Assembly: GCF_006345805.1 (NCBI RefSeq)
Contig: NC_043004.1
Span: 78,678,001-78,742,000, forward strand
Length of the DNA stretch: 64,000 bases
Reading direction: 5' to 3'
DNA from: Octopus sinensis
Taxonomy: Eukaryota
In this document: piece by piece, positions 1-13,160 of the stretch
Numbering within the stretch: the first letter of the stretch is position 1
Layout of the letters: every line of letters begins with the position of its first letter
The notes under the pieces: generated by a model
Told to the model about the DNA's origin: nothing
Database searches by the model: none
The model's input: the letters and a program-made list of their open reading frames with translations, nothing else
Program-made: the position numbers and the translations under genes

Positions 1-1020
1 ATCTGAATATAGAAGACATACATGTTACAAACAATTATCTAACCCTCTAGGGTTTAGATTACTCTGCCAAATGTATTGCTTATCCATTCCTGTTGTTTTG
101 AATTTTAATAATGCATTATATCATAGCTTTGCGTTTCAATAATATGATTATCTAGAGAATGACATTGTAGAGTACAAGGCTAGATCTGGCTAGTTTGAAT
201 GTAAAACAGAATATTTGGGCCAGAAATGGCTGGTTTAAATGCAATAGGATGAAAAGAACAGAGAACCATCCTAAATTCAAAATAGTTATTTTTTTTCCTG
301 ATTAAAAATTCTCCCAGGGATCCTAAAATACCAGTAATACACCAAGATCGAGTTGATCAACCATAACAAGATCAATTTTATTAACAATACTTCATACTAA
401 ATTTGAACTTGTGTCCAAGTCATAAGAAATTTATCTGTTTTAGTGTCCACCTTTCCATGCTTGCATAGTCAAATGGAATTTGCTGAGGTAGATTTTTCTA
501 TGGTTGGATGCCCTTCCTGTTGCCAACACTCATCTGTTTCCGAGCAAAGGTAATATTTCCCCTTCGTCAGACATACTTTCCATGGATGACTCGAAACAAT
601 TGCTTGTATAATGGTGATGGTTTGGTTGTAAACAACCATTACATGATTACACATACATACAACAAGCTTCTTCCAGTTTCTGTCTACAAAAACCTGGAGA
701 GCCTGAGACTTGACTAAGGTGCCACACAGTGGGACAGGATCCATGACCACAGAATTGGGAAACAAGCTTCTTAACCAAACACCCATGCCTCATCTGTAGC
801 TGCAATATTAATGTAAAGTTTTTATTTCAATTTGAAATCAAGACCAAATCATAAATTTGCTTCATCACCGGATATTTTATTGTGATTTCTTATCAACAGT
901 ATAAAACATGGCAGGCTTCACAATGTTGGCCGTTTGCAATAGCAAAGGACGAAGGACAGCAAAACCCCAAACCCATTCAATCTATGCTAGTATGGAAAAA
1001 TAACTGTGAAATGAGGCGCT

Positions 1021-1254
1021 TACTTTCAAAACCGGTATAAGCATATTTGGTCAATTTCATGATAACCATCAAAACACAATCTACAAGCTGCTGGCTTCAC
1101 ACACGTGAAATATTTTTCAGTCAAACTAACACATATGCCATACAGACAGGAGGCGAATCTTAAGTCTTCCAGTCAAAACCAGATATATTCAAGATGCTGA
1201 ATTTCCTTGATTACTCAAGTGTCATACCAATGCATATATCCGGTTTTGAAAGTA
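1021..1254. mobile_element. MITE with TA-ended TIRs
   Basis: tactttcaaaaccgg (1021-1035) and ccggttttgaaagta (1240-1254) are perfect inverted repeats that extend imperfectly to about 30 bp. Confidence 0.6.
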
Positions 1255-1897
1255 AGGTCTGCAAATAATGATGTGGTACATTAACAGAATTTATGAATGT
1301 ATCATCATTATCCTCAATTAATGTCCGTTTTCCATCTTGGCATTGGTTGGATGGTTTGACAGGAGCTGCACCAGACTCCACTGTCTGCTTTGGTATCCTT
1401 TCTACAGTTGGATGCTCTTCCTAACACCAACCACCCAGGAGGGTGGATTAGGTACTTTTTATGGGTCTCTAATTGTGAATGTTCCTCTCAACATCTCACA
1501 TCAAACCACCACCACCCTCTCAAATATCCTATCTCTTTGTTAAAATGGATCTTTTGTCTGCCTCAGTACTTAGATTTTTTTTTTTTAAGACTGATACTTA
1601 TTCTATCAGTCTCTTTTGCTGAAACGCTAAGTTAAAGAGACATAAACACACAAACACTGGTCGTCAGGTGGTAATGGGAGACAAACACAAAGATACACAC
1701 AGATATAGTTTTTGTCTACCAAATCCACTCACAAGACATTGGTCAGCCTGAGGCTATAGTAGAAGACACTTGCTCAAGGTGTCATGCAGTGGGTCTGAAC
1801 CCAGAACCATGTGGTTGGGAAACAAGCTTCTTACCACTTAGCCACATCTAACGATAATTACAACAATGATGAATTAAAACAGACATTTAAGAATTAC

Positions 1898-2272
1898 CTT
1901 TTATTATATCACTTGCATCGGAACTGGGCGAGCCAGCCAGAGAACCGACAACTATCATGTCTCCTTTACAAGTTGTTTTTAACTCTTTAGACTTGTTAAA
2001 AGAGTCGGTGAATGAAGAAACAGGACTCTCAGATAAACTCTTCCATTCACAGTTCGTGTTGGCATTCACAGGTAAGCTCTTGTTGTCAATGGGGTGTGGG
2101 TCGAGTGTGACGTTTTCACTTTCTTTACTGCTCATTTCAGTTTGGTTGATATGGTCATCGTTATCGGACTGATTAGAATTGTTATTGGTTCCCTCGAGTG
2201 GAGGAAGCAGGTTGGATTCGGGAATTTCTGTCAATGGTTTCATCACTACTAATGTGTCGTTAATCGAAGAAT
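1898..2272 (-). CDS. BSDC1: BSDC1 coding exon 8 (DSSINDT...GSPSSDASDIIK), Ser-rich linker
   Basis: gtcttcccctgtag|AT...AAAG|GTAATT; 375 nt open, phase 1-1; lies within ORF 1887..2288. Confidence 0.8.
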
Positions 2273-4970
2273 CTACAGGGGAAGACACAATTTAGTTTTG
2301 AGTAAAAACTTTATTGATCTGAGAAAACTAAGAAGAAAAAGAAATACAACAAAGATTTAGAATTTAAACCAGGGTTTGGCAAAGTGGTCAATACTGACCC
2401 CCTAGGGGGTTTTATGAAGTGGCTCAAGAAATCAATATTCCAACTACATCAATATAATATGACTAAATTTTTATTGTTCTTTATCAATTTCATTAAATTT
2501 CCTTATTTCTTATTAGAAAATCTGGCTCTCAGTTGGTGATGACGACAAGCATTCCTGTTGATACAATCTGCTTGTGAAATATATGTGCAAGTGGCTGAGC
2601 ACTCCATGGACATGTGTACCCTTGATGTAGTTCTCAGGGAGATTCAGTGTTACACTGAATGTGACAGGGATGGTCCCTTTGAAATAAAGGTGCAACTCAT
2701 TTTTACCAGCAGAGTGGACTGGAGCAATGTGAAATTAAGTGTCTTGCTCAAGGACACAAGCTGTCATTGGGAACTGAACTCACAATCTTATGATCAGGAG
2801 TCGAGTACCATAACCAGCAAGCTACACACCTTATTAGAAAGCAGAAGTGACACAAGAAAGAGCAAAATAATTATTACTAAATCAATAAATTCTTTATCAA
2901 TGATACTTTTTAATTTTATTGGCATTTAGCGGTTTGGCAAAAAGAGGCCGATAGCATAAGTACTGGGCTTACAAAAAGAATAAGTCCCAGGGTCGAGTTG
3001 CTCGACTAAAGGCGGTGCTCCAGCATGGCCGCAGTCAAATGACAAACAAGTAAAAGAGTAAAGAGTATGTTGTGCTTGAGAAGATCCATCACACCCTTGA
3101 AGTGATTGGCGTTAGGAAGGGCATCCAGCTATAGAAAACCCTGCCAAATCAGACTGGAGTCTGGTGCAGCCTTCCAGCTTACCAACCCCAGTCAAATCAA
3201 CCAACCCATGCCAGCATGGACAACGGAAGCTAAATGTAGAAAGTTCCAAGTTTTCACCTGAGACTGAAAACATGGGACACTCATATCAATGACTGATGAT
3301 AATTTACACTGATCGATGTCCAGACAGAGACAACAGGTTTCTTTTGGTTTCTGCTGGTCAAAGTAACTCACTTTAGTTGGCCTGAGGCTATAGTAAACCA
3401 TCATCAAGAATTTATTTCCACGTTCTATGCTAGCATGGGTAGGACAGTTTGACAAGGAGCTGGTGAGTTGCAGGGCTGTGTGAGGCTCTAATGTCTGTTT
3501 CAGCATGGTTTCTACAGCTGGATGCCCTTCCTAACACCAACCACTTCAAAGAATTTAGAGGGTGCCTTTTGCCTTTCTCATGTCACCAGCACTAGTGATG
3601 TTGCCATGTAACTTGCAAGACAGAAAAGAACAAAATAAAAAGAAAAAGCTTCCTTCTAGAAGTGTCTTATATGACTGAAGGAGATAAGAGGAAGGTATTG
3701 ATGGGTGCGAGACGATATAAAAAAAAAATGCCACACACTAGATCCAAACCCTGAAACTGTATGGTTGAGAGGCAAATTTCTTAATTTTACCCATGGCTCA
3801 AATTTAATATTTACCAAACCAAATGTAGGAAAGTCATGGATGAGAGAGCCAAGAGACAGTAAGTTACATATTGGAAAATAGAGAGAGCAAGCAAGAGAGA
3901 GAGAAGCTGCAAAAGGAAAAAAGAGAAAGCAACATCAATATGGAGATAGGAAGAGAAAGATTAGTTTAATGATTGTTTGACTAAAGGAAAATAAAAGCAA
4001 GCACAAGAGAGACAGGGTTATAGAGATAAGAGAAATTTAAAAGCAACTCTTGTTGGATGGGGTGAGAGAAAGATAGTGTAAGTTATGTTATTTTGCCATG
4101 AGAGAAAGCATGAAAGAGTTGGCATTTGTGACACACACACACACACAAGTATATGCATTCTTTTATATCATATTTGCATAAACTATTCTCTATTCAAATA
4201 ACCGGTACTCCAGCTGTTACGGTGGGGGTCCCAGTTAATCCAATCAATGGAATAGCCTGCTCATGACATTAACATACAAGTGGCTGAGCACTCCACAGAC
4301 ACACGTACCCTTAATTCAGGGAGATATAGCCTGACAAGGCTGACCCCTTTGAAATTACAGATACAACTCATTTTTGCCGTATTTCACATTGGAGCAACAT
4401 GAAATAAGAAGTCTTGTTCAAGGACACAACATCGCCGGGAATTGAACTCATGACCTTCCAATCAGGAACCAAATACTCTGACCTCTAAGCCATGTGCCTT
4501 CTCCCATTGAGGTTGCCAAGTAATGTGCAAGACGAGAAAAGTACCAAAAAAAGAGAAAGTCCCCTCAGCTAAGTAGGTGGGTGGGAAGTATTTGAGAGAG
4601 GGAGCATTGGTTATATGCCAAGTGTTGAGAGGCTAAAACAATATATGGCTACTCGGCATTACAAGGGTGGGTAGGCATGGCTGGAGTGAAGGTAAAGAGA
4701 AGGGTTAACAGATGCCAGGGCATTACTAGATGAAAGAAAGGGCAGGAACAGGCTTCTAGCTGAAGAGGAGATAATGATTATCTTGCATGACATAAAGGTA
4801 GGAGTAATTATTAAACAATTAGTCTAACCCATACAAGGAGGGGAAAATAGACATAAAACCAAACACAATGCATGAAATCAAATAAGGCACTACAGATCGA
4901 TGTAACCTTCTTCCAAAGACAAAAGACGGGGGTTGTTTTCACATGCAGCAGGGAGATGATAAGAATATAC

Positions 4971-5351
4971 CTGAATTGACAAAAGTGCTTGTGGTAAAAA
5001 TGTCTTGAAGTTGATCAAGGGTATCATCAGAGTTGGTGATAGAAGATGGTGTGAGGCTCGACAGGCCTTCGCTTTCAACAGGGAGTTCAGCTATACTTTG
5101 TTCCATTGGACTCAAAGCAACATTTTCTGGTACTATCCTAGCGGCACCGATTTCTTCTTCCACTGTCACAGCTTTACGAAACACAGTCTCTTCTTCTTCG
5201 TGCCTCTTTGGTTCTGGTGGCAAGGATACTAGCCCTTTCTCCTCCATCTGCTTTGTATTACCATTGCTGTCTTCTTCAATGTTGTCGACCAGCTCAGCAA
5301 GAGTCGAATGATTGATGACCTCCGTCTCTTCGTCCGCACTCCAATCTTCAT
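4971..5351 (-). CDS. BSDC1: BSDC1 coding exon 7 (DEDWSADEETEV...STFVNS), acidic low-complexity linker
   Basis: ctgtcag|AT...TCAG|GTATAT; 381 nt open, phase 1-1, in frame with exon 6; contains most of ORF 4939..5247. Confidence 0.85.
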
Positions 5352-5990
5352 CTGACAGCAGAATTATAAATTAAAGCAATGTAATACATTTGGTGTCATC
5401 ACATGCAAAGCAAGGTTTCCAATTATAACCAGTTTTTGAAATGAGAATATTTTAGGATTACTTGGGTGTTTGGTACCCCCAACACCTAACCCAGTGTTCT
5501 TTTCTCGCAAAGCAAACCCTCTTGCTTACAATGAACAATGTCCCAGTTGATCCAATCAACGGAACAGCCTGCTAATGAAATTAACATGCAAGTGGCTGAG
5601 TACTTCACAGACATGCATACCCTTATTGTAGTTCTCAAGGAGATTCAGCATGGCACAGAATGTGACAAGGCTGGCCTTTTTGAAATACAGGTACTACTTA
5701 TTTCTGCAAGCTGAGTGGGCTGCAGCGATGCAAAATATAGTGACTTGCTCAAGGATGCAATGCATCACTGGGAATTGAACTCATGACCTTACGATCAGAA
5801 GCCAAATACCCTAACCACTAAGCCACAAGCCTTCACAAAGCTAACTACACACACAAAAGCCCAATCTTAATCGATCATGAAAACAATGAACATGAAACTT
5901 ATCTGTCAAAACACTTTTCTACAACATTCTTTTAAAAACTATAAATACTTTCTAGATATAAATATACACATACATATGTATACTTACATA

Positions 5991-6134
5991 CAGGGTGGGC
6001 CAGAATTAACAACACAGTTATATTTCTTAATATGCATATTTTATTGTTATTGTATTGTTTAAATTTATTATTTTATTTCTTAATATGCATATTAATAAAT
6101 ATAACAAGCGAGTCATGAATTCTGGCCCACGCTG
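5991..6134. mobile_element. Tc1/mariner-type MITE
   Basis: TIRs cagggtgggccagaatt / aattctggcccacgctg flanked by TA on both sides. Confidence 0.75.
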
Positions 6135-6232
6135 TACATACAGTTATACAAAGATTTCAGAGTTCCACTTCAAATCATTTGAGCACCACTACACATTTTC
6201 TATAATGAACATCTCTACCTCTCACTTTTTGA

Positions 6233-6323
6233 CAGCACATATACACAAACATACAGCACATATACACAAACATACAGCACATATACACAAACATACAGCA
6301 CATATACACAAACATACACACAT
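6233..6323. repeat. 21-bp minisatellite, about 4 copies (cagcacatatacacaaacata)
   Basis: Directly visible tandem units. Confidence 0.85.
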
Positions 6324-6627
6324 ATAATTCAAAGAAATATGTTATAATCTCTGCAACAAGATAAAGCATTATATTTTCAAAGTATGTGGGTGTCAGATGG
6401 TAAGGCTTATAATTCTTAGAAATGTTTCTTCCTGCTTTGTTTAGTAAATTAAAATTAAATGAATTAATAAATTAATTTTAAACAAACACAAGTTAGCACC
6501 TATGAATTAAGCAGATCCCCAATATAGGCATTCCTCTATGTTATGAAAGCATTGCATTCCTAGAAAATCTTGCTGTAAAGTGGAATTCCATAAAACAAAT
6601 CCTATTAATTTTGTCAAATTTCCATAA

Positions 6628-7687
6628 CCCTTTCGTTACCAAACCGCCCGAAAAAAATTTTGGTTAATGTGACCAAGCCGCCCGAATTTACCTCTTCATA
6701 TTTAAATGAGAATATCAGAGCAAATCTCTTTAGTACATTCGTGAAAACACGTATTATACTTCGTAAAGAGTTCAACTACAGTTTTGTACAATAATCGAAG
6801 TGTAATTTTAATTCCGTGAATTTTGGGAGATTTTTTTCTGAAATTTGTTCCTATTGTTTTTTCAAAATTTGTAATTCTGACAAAAAATGGATACGAATTT
6901 CATTATATCAAGCAGCGAGTCAGAATTCGAAGGATTTTCTACTGAAGACCTTCATAAATCTAACTCTATGACTGAAAAAAAAAAAGCATGTGGTATTTGA
7001 TAATGAATCTGATGTTTCATTTTCCAAAAGTGAAAACAGTGAATCTGAGAGCTCCGACAGCGATAAAGAAAATGAATTGGCACCTGAATGGTGTGAAAAT
7101 TTAAAAACTGTTTCTTTCGGTGATTTTTCTGAAGAAACTGGACCAAGCCACAGACTTTCCCAGGAGAATATAAAGCCTTAGACTATTTCTTTTTACTTTT
7201 TCGAATGAGCCTATTTGAACTCATTACGGCGAAAACGAACCGTTACGCTAAATGTAAACAAAACGATAGTTAGTGGTTTCCCATAACCTTAAATGAAATT
7301 AAGACTATTTTGCCATAAATATTATTATGGGTATCAGAAAGTTACCCAGAATAACAAATTCTATCGTAAAATTTTCTTGTATACTCAATTGAATATTAGC
7401 TAATAACCCATTTTCTATAGCGATGTTTGAACAAAATTTTAATAATTTTATATTTTGGTGAATTTACCTGTATCTACCTGCAATTAGAGTCACTTTGTGA
7501 CAAAAATTATAGTATAGAATTGGTTGAGAACATTTCATTAAATTATCTTCCAAAATTCACGTTGATATATTGATAAATAAAAAAGTTATAGTTGTTTAAT
7601 GAAACCAGACTAAATTTATGATTATGTTAGAAATTAATTGAAACACATAAGGGGTGTATTTTGGTCAGAAATATAGTAACGAAAGGG
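6628..7687 (+). mobile_element. Internally deleted piggyBac-like transposon
   Basis: TIRs ccctttcgttac / gtaacgaaaggg with ATAA/TTAA flanks; degraded acidic N-terminal transposase (PLDYFFLLF...TNRYA...W.PITLNEIK...IIMGI.KLP) at about 6890-7360. Confidence 0.8.
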
Positions 7688-8922
7688 TTAATATGCAACA
7701 CAGAAGTCAATTTCCAGATAACAGGAATTCTTTCTTACAGCAATATTTTCATTACATTTCAATGGTATAATCTTTTAACACAAAAACCACTCACGAAGTT
7801 AATCACATTTAGTCATTGAGTTCTCGGCCAAGGATTAAATGCGGAACTGAGAGTAAAACCAAGAGCATCAACCTTGTTACAGCCAATACGTCAATGCTTT
7901 TACTCTGAGAAAAACAGGAATCTCTCCTACTCCACAGCTGAACAATAAGAGTACCTGGCTATCAAAAATCATTTCACAAACAATCCATATTCAGATATCC
8001 AAATCTGTAGAATCAATCCACCCCATCCATGCTCAGCATGGATACAGTTAGAACTAATGTTAATAGAAAGATCTAGAAAACAAAAGAAGCGAAGAGAGAA
8101 ACAGTTTTATGGGATTAGATACAGTGTGTATGTATCATCATCGTTTAGCGTGTGTATATCATCATCATCGTTTAACGTCCGTTTTCCATGCTAGCATGGG
8201 TTGGACAGTTCAACCGGGGTCTAGGAAGCCAGAAGGCTGCACCAGGCTCCAGTCTGATCAGGCAGTGTTTCTACAGTTGGGTGCCCTTCCTAACGCCAAC
8301 CACTCCGTGAGTGTATGAATATATATATATATATATTTGTATTTGTGTCATCATTTAACCTCTGTTTTCCTCACTGGCATGGGTTGGATGGCTTGACAGG
8401 GGCTGGCAAGGCCAGGAGCTACACCAGGTCCCTTTGCCTATTTTGGTTTGGTTTCTACAGTTGAATGACTTTCCTAACACCAACCACTTTACGTAATGTA
8501 CTAGGTGCTTTTTATGTGGCACCGTCACCAGCACCTTTGGCACGGCACCATCACCAATGTTTTTTTACGTGGAACCAGTATGTGCAACTGTTAAAATGTA
8601 CATTAATGTATTTCTATGCATATGAAGTTACATATGTTCACTATTCGTTATGTGACTCTAAATACAAATGATTATCTAAATCTACATATTTTGGGGAATA
8701 ATTTCTTTTTCAAATTGTATTGCATTATTTATGTAAATTTATCGTTTCAAGGGTAATCCTTATGTACTTAAATGCTTCCTGAAATAAACATACACCATAT
8801 TTTAAAATCTCTGAAGAAGTTAGATGTGCAATTACTCAACTGTGAGTGCACTGCTTCTTATAGCAGAAACAGCTGTAAGCCAATGAAGTTGATTATCTAA
8901 TTGCTATTCTCTGGTCATATAT

Positions 8923-9301
8923 ACAGGCATGGCTGTGTGGTAAGAAGCTTGCTCAACAACCACATGGTTCCAGGTTCAGTTCCATGGTACCTTGGGCAAG
9001 TGTCTTCTGCTATAGCTTCGGGACGACCAAATCCTTGTGAGTGGATTTGGTAAATGGAAACTGAAAGAAGCTTGTCGTATATGTGCGTATGTATATATTT
9101 GTGTGTCCATGTCTGTCTCCCCACCATTGCTTGACAACCAATGTCGGTGTATTTATGTCCCTGTAACTTAGTGGTTCGGCAATAGAGGCTGCTAGAATAA
9201 GTACTAGGCTTACAAAGAATAAGTCCTGGGGGTTCAATCTATTTGACTAAACACAGTGCTCCAGCATGGCCACAGTCAAATGACTGAAACAAGTAAAAGA
9301 A
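8923..9301 (+). mobile_element. SINE family A (tRNA head, CORE-like ggcaccttgggcaagtgtc, microsatellite, second module)
   Basis: Recurs more than 10 times, e.g. 1585-1850(-), 16150-16450, 16470-16900, 21695-22255, 25411-25795, 30560-30950(-), 43340-43722(-), 54690-55060. Confidence 0.85.
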
Positions 9302-9403
9302 TATAGTGATGCCTTGATATACGAGTCAATTCATTCCCAGAGGACGGTCAGAAAGCGAAAATTTGTAAGCCTAGCGTCTCGTAAAATGAAGCATTACTAC
9401 ATG

Positions 9404-9446
<43 letters not shown>

Positions 9447-9501
9447 ACGTAAATGAAGAATGTTGGAATGAGTACTCAACACTGCATTGGTGGATAAATA
9501 A

Positions 9502-9676
9502 TTTCTTTATTTGTGAATTAAGGCACCCATTGGTTTCATGTTAAGAAAAGGAGGAAAATATCCAAGTACCTTTTTGGAGGTGAATACTTTTGGCTTGAAA
9601 AATTGTTAAAGTACTTGGATATTCTACACTTCTTAACATGAAACCAATGGTAGCCTTAATTCACCAAATAAAGAAT
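9502..9676. mobile_element. Foldback/palindromic MITE-like element
   Basis: About 65-bp inverted arms (9502-9569 vs 9611-9676) around a ~41-bp loop. Confidence 0.65.
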
Positions 9677-10818
9677 TTTATATATATAAAGATAAATTAA
9701 ATATAGAGATATGCTACTGACATTCAATTTACTTATATTACAATATTGTAATATAAATAAATTATACCAATATTTATATGGTATCCAATTGAAGTACCAG
9801 GGAATTGGATGTTTAACACACCCCTTTGAAGGATTTCTTTTCCCCAGTTTGTTAGATGTATATATCATCATCATTTAACGTCTGCTTTCCATGCTAGCAT
9901 GGGTTGGACGAATGACAGAGCTGGTGAACCAGATGGCTGCACCAGGCTTCAATCTTGATCTGGCAGAGTTTCTACAGCTTGATGCCTTTCCTAATGCGAA
10001 CCACTTCGAGAGTGTAGTGGGGGCTTTTTACATGCCACCGGCACGGGGCCAGTCAGGTGGTACTGGCAACAACCTCGCTCGAATCTTTTACACATGCCAC
10101 CGGCACAGGTGCCAGTAAGGTGATGCTAGTAACGACCATGCTTGAATGGTGACTTTTATGTGCCACCGGCACGGAGGCCAGATAGCCACTCTGGCACCGA
10201 TCACGCTCGGATGCTGCCTTTTAAGTGCCATATATATGTATATTAAGTATATATATATTAGCAGATAGTAGATATTAAAGAAACATTGGAAGTCAGGTAG
10301 ATTAAAATAGAATTGAATAAAAAGAAATGTGAGAAGATTTGAGGGTTATTTAAGTAGGAATGAGAGACGGGAGAAAGGTTATTGAGAAAACTGGAAGAAT
10401 AGAGATGAGTAGAAGACTTTTTTAAAAATAAAAATAGGGAGAATTACTCAAACTGGATTAGAGAATGAACCGGAAAAGGAACCTCTACATAGTTGCTCAA
10501 CCTGCTAGGAATAGCAGCCAAATTTCCCTCAACATCTCACTGGGTTTTTTTTTGGTAAAAAACAAACAAAAAAGGGAGGACACATACGTCAGACACTCGT
10601 AAACAGATGGAATGGTCAGGACTGCAATGCTTTTCGTCATAAATCTGCTTGATCAGGGTCGATGAGGGGAGGGCTAAACAACAATTAGATTTGAGAAAAC
10701 ATTTAGAAAATTTATAGGAAGTGATGAACGATTGAAAAGAACTCATTAAGCACTTTAACTCAAAGATTCATGGACATAGATAAGATTCTGATTAAAGAAA
10801 AACTGGACTGTTTCACAC

Positions 10819-10960
10819 CATCATCCCAAGAAAACGCATCATCTTTGCATTCATCGGCTCTTTTCATTAAAGCTAGCTTCCTGGCTTCATCTTGTTGTAG
10901 TTGATGGATTTTGTAAAAATAACGATGCCAAAATTCCGTGTGAGAGACAGTTGTGGGAAC
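10819..10960 (-). CDS. BSDC1: BSDC1 coding exon 6 (VPTTVSHTEFWHRYFYKIHQLQQDEARKLALMKRA...FSWDD), BSD domain core
   Basis: Long pyrimidine tract ...ttcctcag|GTT...GATG|GTGTGA; 142 nt; FWxRYFY BSD signature, near-identical to VPAAVSHSEFWHRYFYKVHQL. Confidence 0.95.
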
Positions 10961-11232
10961 CTGAGGAAAAAGAAAAAGAGAAAGGGAATGATTAAATCAA
11001 ATACTGCATTTACTGGTAAATAAGATATGCTCTCGCATAAGCTGATTCCGTGTTTTAGAAAGAGAGATTTTGTGGCAAAAACAAATCTAGAATGTTTGAT
11101 CTTAGACTCTGCACTTGATATTTTCAAGTGGTTTTGTTGGGGAAAATGTAGGATCCTGCATACACAAATATATTATTGTAATTAGTATACTAAAATATAG
11201 TATAAAAACAAATTTATCAAATTATGTTAATG

Positions 11233-11371
11233 TACATTATTTACATTTGATGGCTACTTGTCTTCATCTTCTTTGTTGTTAACAACGTTTCAGCTGATGT
11301 GCTCTCCAGCCTTCATCAGGTGTCCTGGGGGAATTTTGAACCTGGGTTCTCGGTCCTAAGGTATTTTTTGA

Positions 11372-11404
<33 letters not shown>

Positions 11405-11477
11405 TATCACTGCCTAGAATCGAACTCGGAATCTTGGAGTTAGTAGCCCGTGCTCTTAACCACTTTGCAATATGCCC
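11233..11477 (-). mobile_element. tRNA-derived SINE with (AAT)n spacer and hammerhead-like tail
   Basis: Reverse complement shows tRNA-like head (box A ttgcaaagtgg, box B gttcgattcta), (AAT)n, then CTGATGA-A-GGCTG...CAGCT-GAAA-CGTT. Confidence 0.75.
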
Positions 11478-11507
11478 ATGAATCTATTAAAAACATCAAC
11501 CAAACAA

Positions 11508-11777
11508 GGGCATATGGCATAGTGGTTAAGAGTGCAGGCTACTAACCCCAAGATTTCAAGTCCGATTTCAGGCAGTGACCTGAATAATAATAAATAATAA
11601 ATAATAATAATATAGAAAAATACCTTAGGAATGAGAACCCAGGTTCAAAATTCCAAGACACCTGACGAAGGCTGGAGGGTATATCAGCCGAAACATTGCG
11701 TTAACAACAAACGAGGACAAATATCCGTCAAATGTAAATAATGTACATAATTCCTCATCTCTTAAATATAGAACTGT
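11508..11777 (+). mobile_element. tRNA-derived SINE with (AAT)n spacer and hammerhead-like tail (inverted partner of 11233-11477)
   Basis: Head gggcatatggcatagtggttaagag...; tail CTGACGA-A-GGCTG...CAGCC-GAAA-CATT. Confidence 0.75.
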
Positions 11778-11908
11778 ATTATGTTAATGGAATATCATAT
11801 TTCAGCATTACCTGATGAATGGGGAACTGATGAAGAAATGAAGACAAGCTATTAGATTAATTTTTGTTTTAGAGCAAAAATTATTAAAATATTATTATGA
11901 ATGCTTAC

Positions 11909-12076
11909 CAAATTAGTATAAAGGGCTCGAATATTAGCATTTGATACAAGCAGCTCTGAGATTGATCCCTTCTCATTTTCCAATTCAAAAGTCTTGAGCC
12001 ACTCTGTAAATTTATCAGTTGAGGATGGTGGATTGCAGTAAGTCCCTGGATCAACTTGAATGGCATGGAGCCGAGC
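11909..12076 (-). CDS. BSDC1: BSDC1 coding exon 5 (ARLHAIQVDPGTYCNPP...EKGSISELLVSNANIRALYTNL), start of BSD domain
   Basis: tatttcag|GCT...TTG|GTAAGC; 168 nt; matches ARLYSLQSDPATYCNEP...KKGEISELLV...IRALYTKM. Confidence 0.95.
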
Positions 12077-12929
12077 CTGAAATAGCAGTTAATACATAAA
12101 AATGAAGGACAAGAAGATTTGTCTTAGAACTATTTTGTAACTGATTCACTTCACTTTTACTTGCTTTAGTCACCGGACAGCTGCCATGCTGGAGCAGCAC
12201 CTTGAAGGGCTTAGTCAAGCAAATCAATCCCAATATCCCAGAGTTTCTGCCTAGCAAATTCACCCGCAAGGAATTGGTTGGGCCTAGGGCTGTAGTTCAC
12301 AATGCTTGCCCACGGTGCCACAGAGTGAACCCAAAAGCACATGGTTCCAAAATGAACTTTTTAACCATACAGCCATCCCTGTGGATAATAGATGCTTAAG
12401 AAAAAACAGATATGTGAACTCAGAATAAAATAATTTAGTTATAGTATCTTGTAATGATTTAGTAACAGTGTAGCAGAACTACCTTAGCTGATTTTACCAG
12501 CTCTTTTAACACTCAGCTTCCTTGCTGGCAAGAGTTGATAGGATCCAATGGGTCTAAGGCCCGTGTCATGCTCTAACCCTTTAGCCCTCAAACCAGCCAT
12601 ATCCAGCCCAAACATTCAACCTGTTTTATGTTCAAACTGGCTAGATCTGGCCTTTTGCACTTACCCTACAATGTCATTCTAAAAATACTAAAGATCTACA
12701 GTCTACTTTAGTATGATTTCTGTGGCTAGAGGACATTCCTAATGCCAACCATTTTGATGAATTTTTTATATAGGAAGGGCATCCAGCATCCAGGGCAGGT
12801 ATCCAGTTTGTAGATACCTTCTTCTTACCAGCCAGCTCTGAAAGCCCTGCAAAAGGTCATGGACATTGTCTCCCCTCCTGACTAGAAGATTAAAAAAAAA
12901 AAAGTGATATACATGGTGGCTATGTGAAA

Positions 12930-13160
12930 GGTGGTGCGCTGGCAGAAACATTAGCACGTTGGGCAAGATGCTCAGCAGTATTTCGTCTGCCGTTACGTTG
13001 AGTTCAAATTCCGCCGAGGTCGACTTTGCCTTTCATCCTTTCGGGGTCGATAAATGAAGTACCAGTTACGCACTGGGGTCAATATAATCGACTTAATACC
13101 TTTGCCTGTCCTTGTTTGTCACCTCTATGTTTAGCTCCTTGTGGGTAATAAAGAAATATA
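12930..13160 (+). mobile_element. SINE family C (tRNA head plus Nin-like central domain gcctttcatcctttcggggtcgataaattaagtaccag)
   Basis: Copies at 13965-14200(-), 15900-16120(-), 32476-32706(-), 33800-34015(-), 34041-34256, 39625-39840, 42180-42400, 42450-42670, 51195-51610; domain name from recollection. Confidence 0.8.

Noticed and set aside
1215-1258. Possible in-frame BSDC1 terminal exon (DLTFKTGYMHWYDT*)
   Set aside because: The acceptor is plausible, but it lies in a MITE inverted repeat and lacks the conserved acidic BSDC1 C-terminus.
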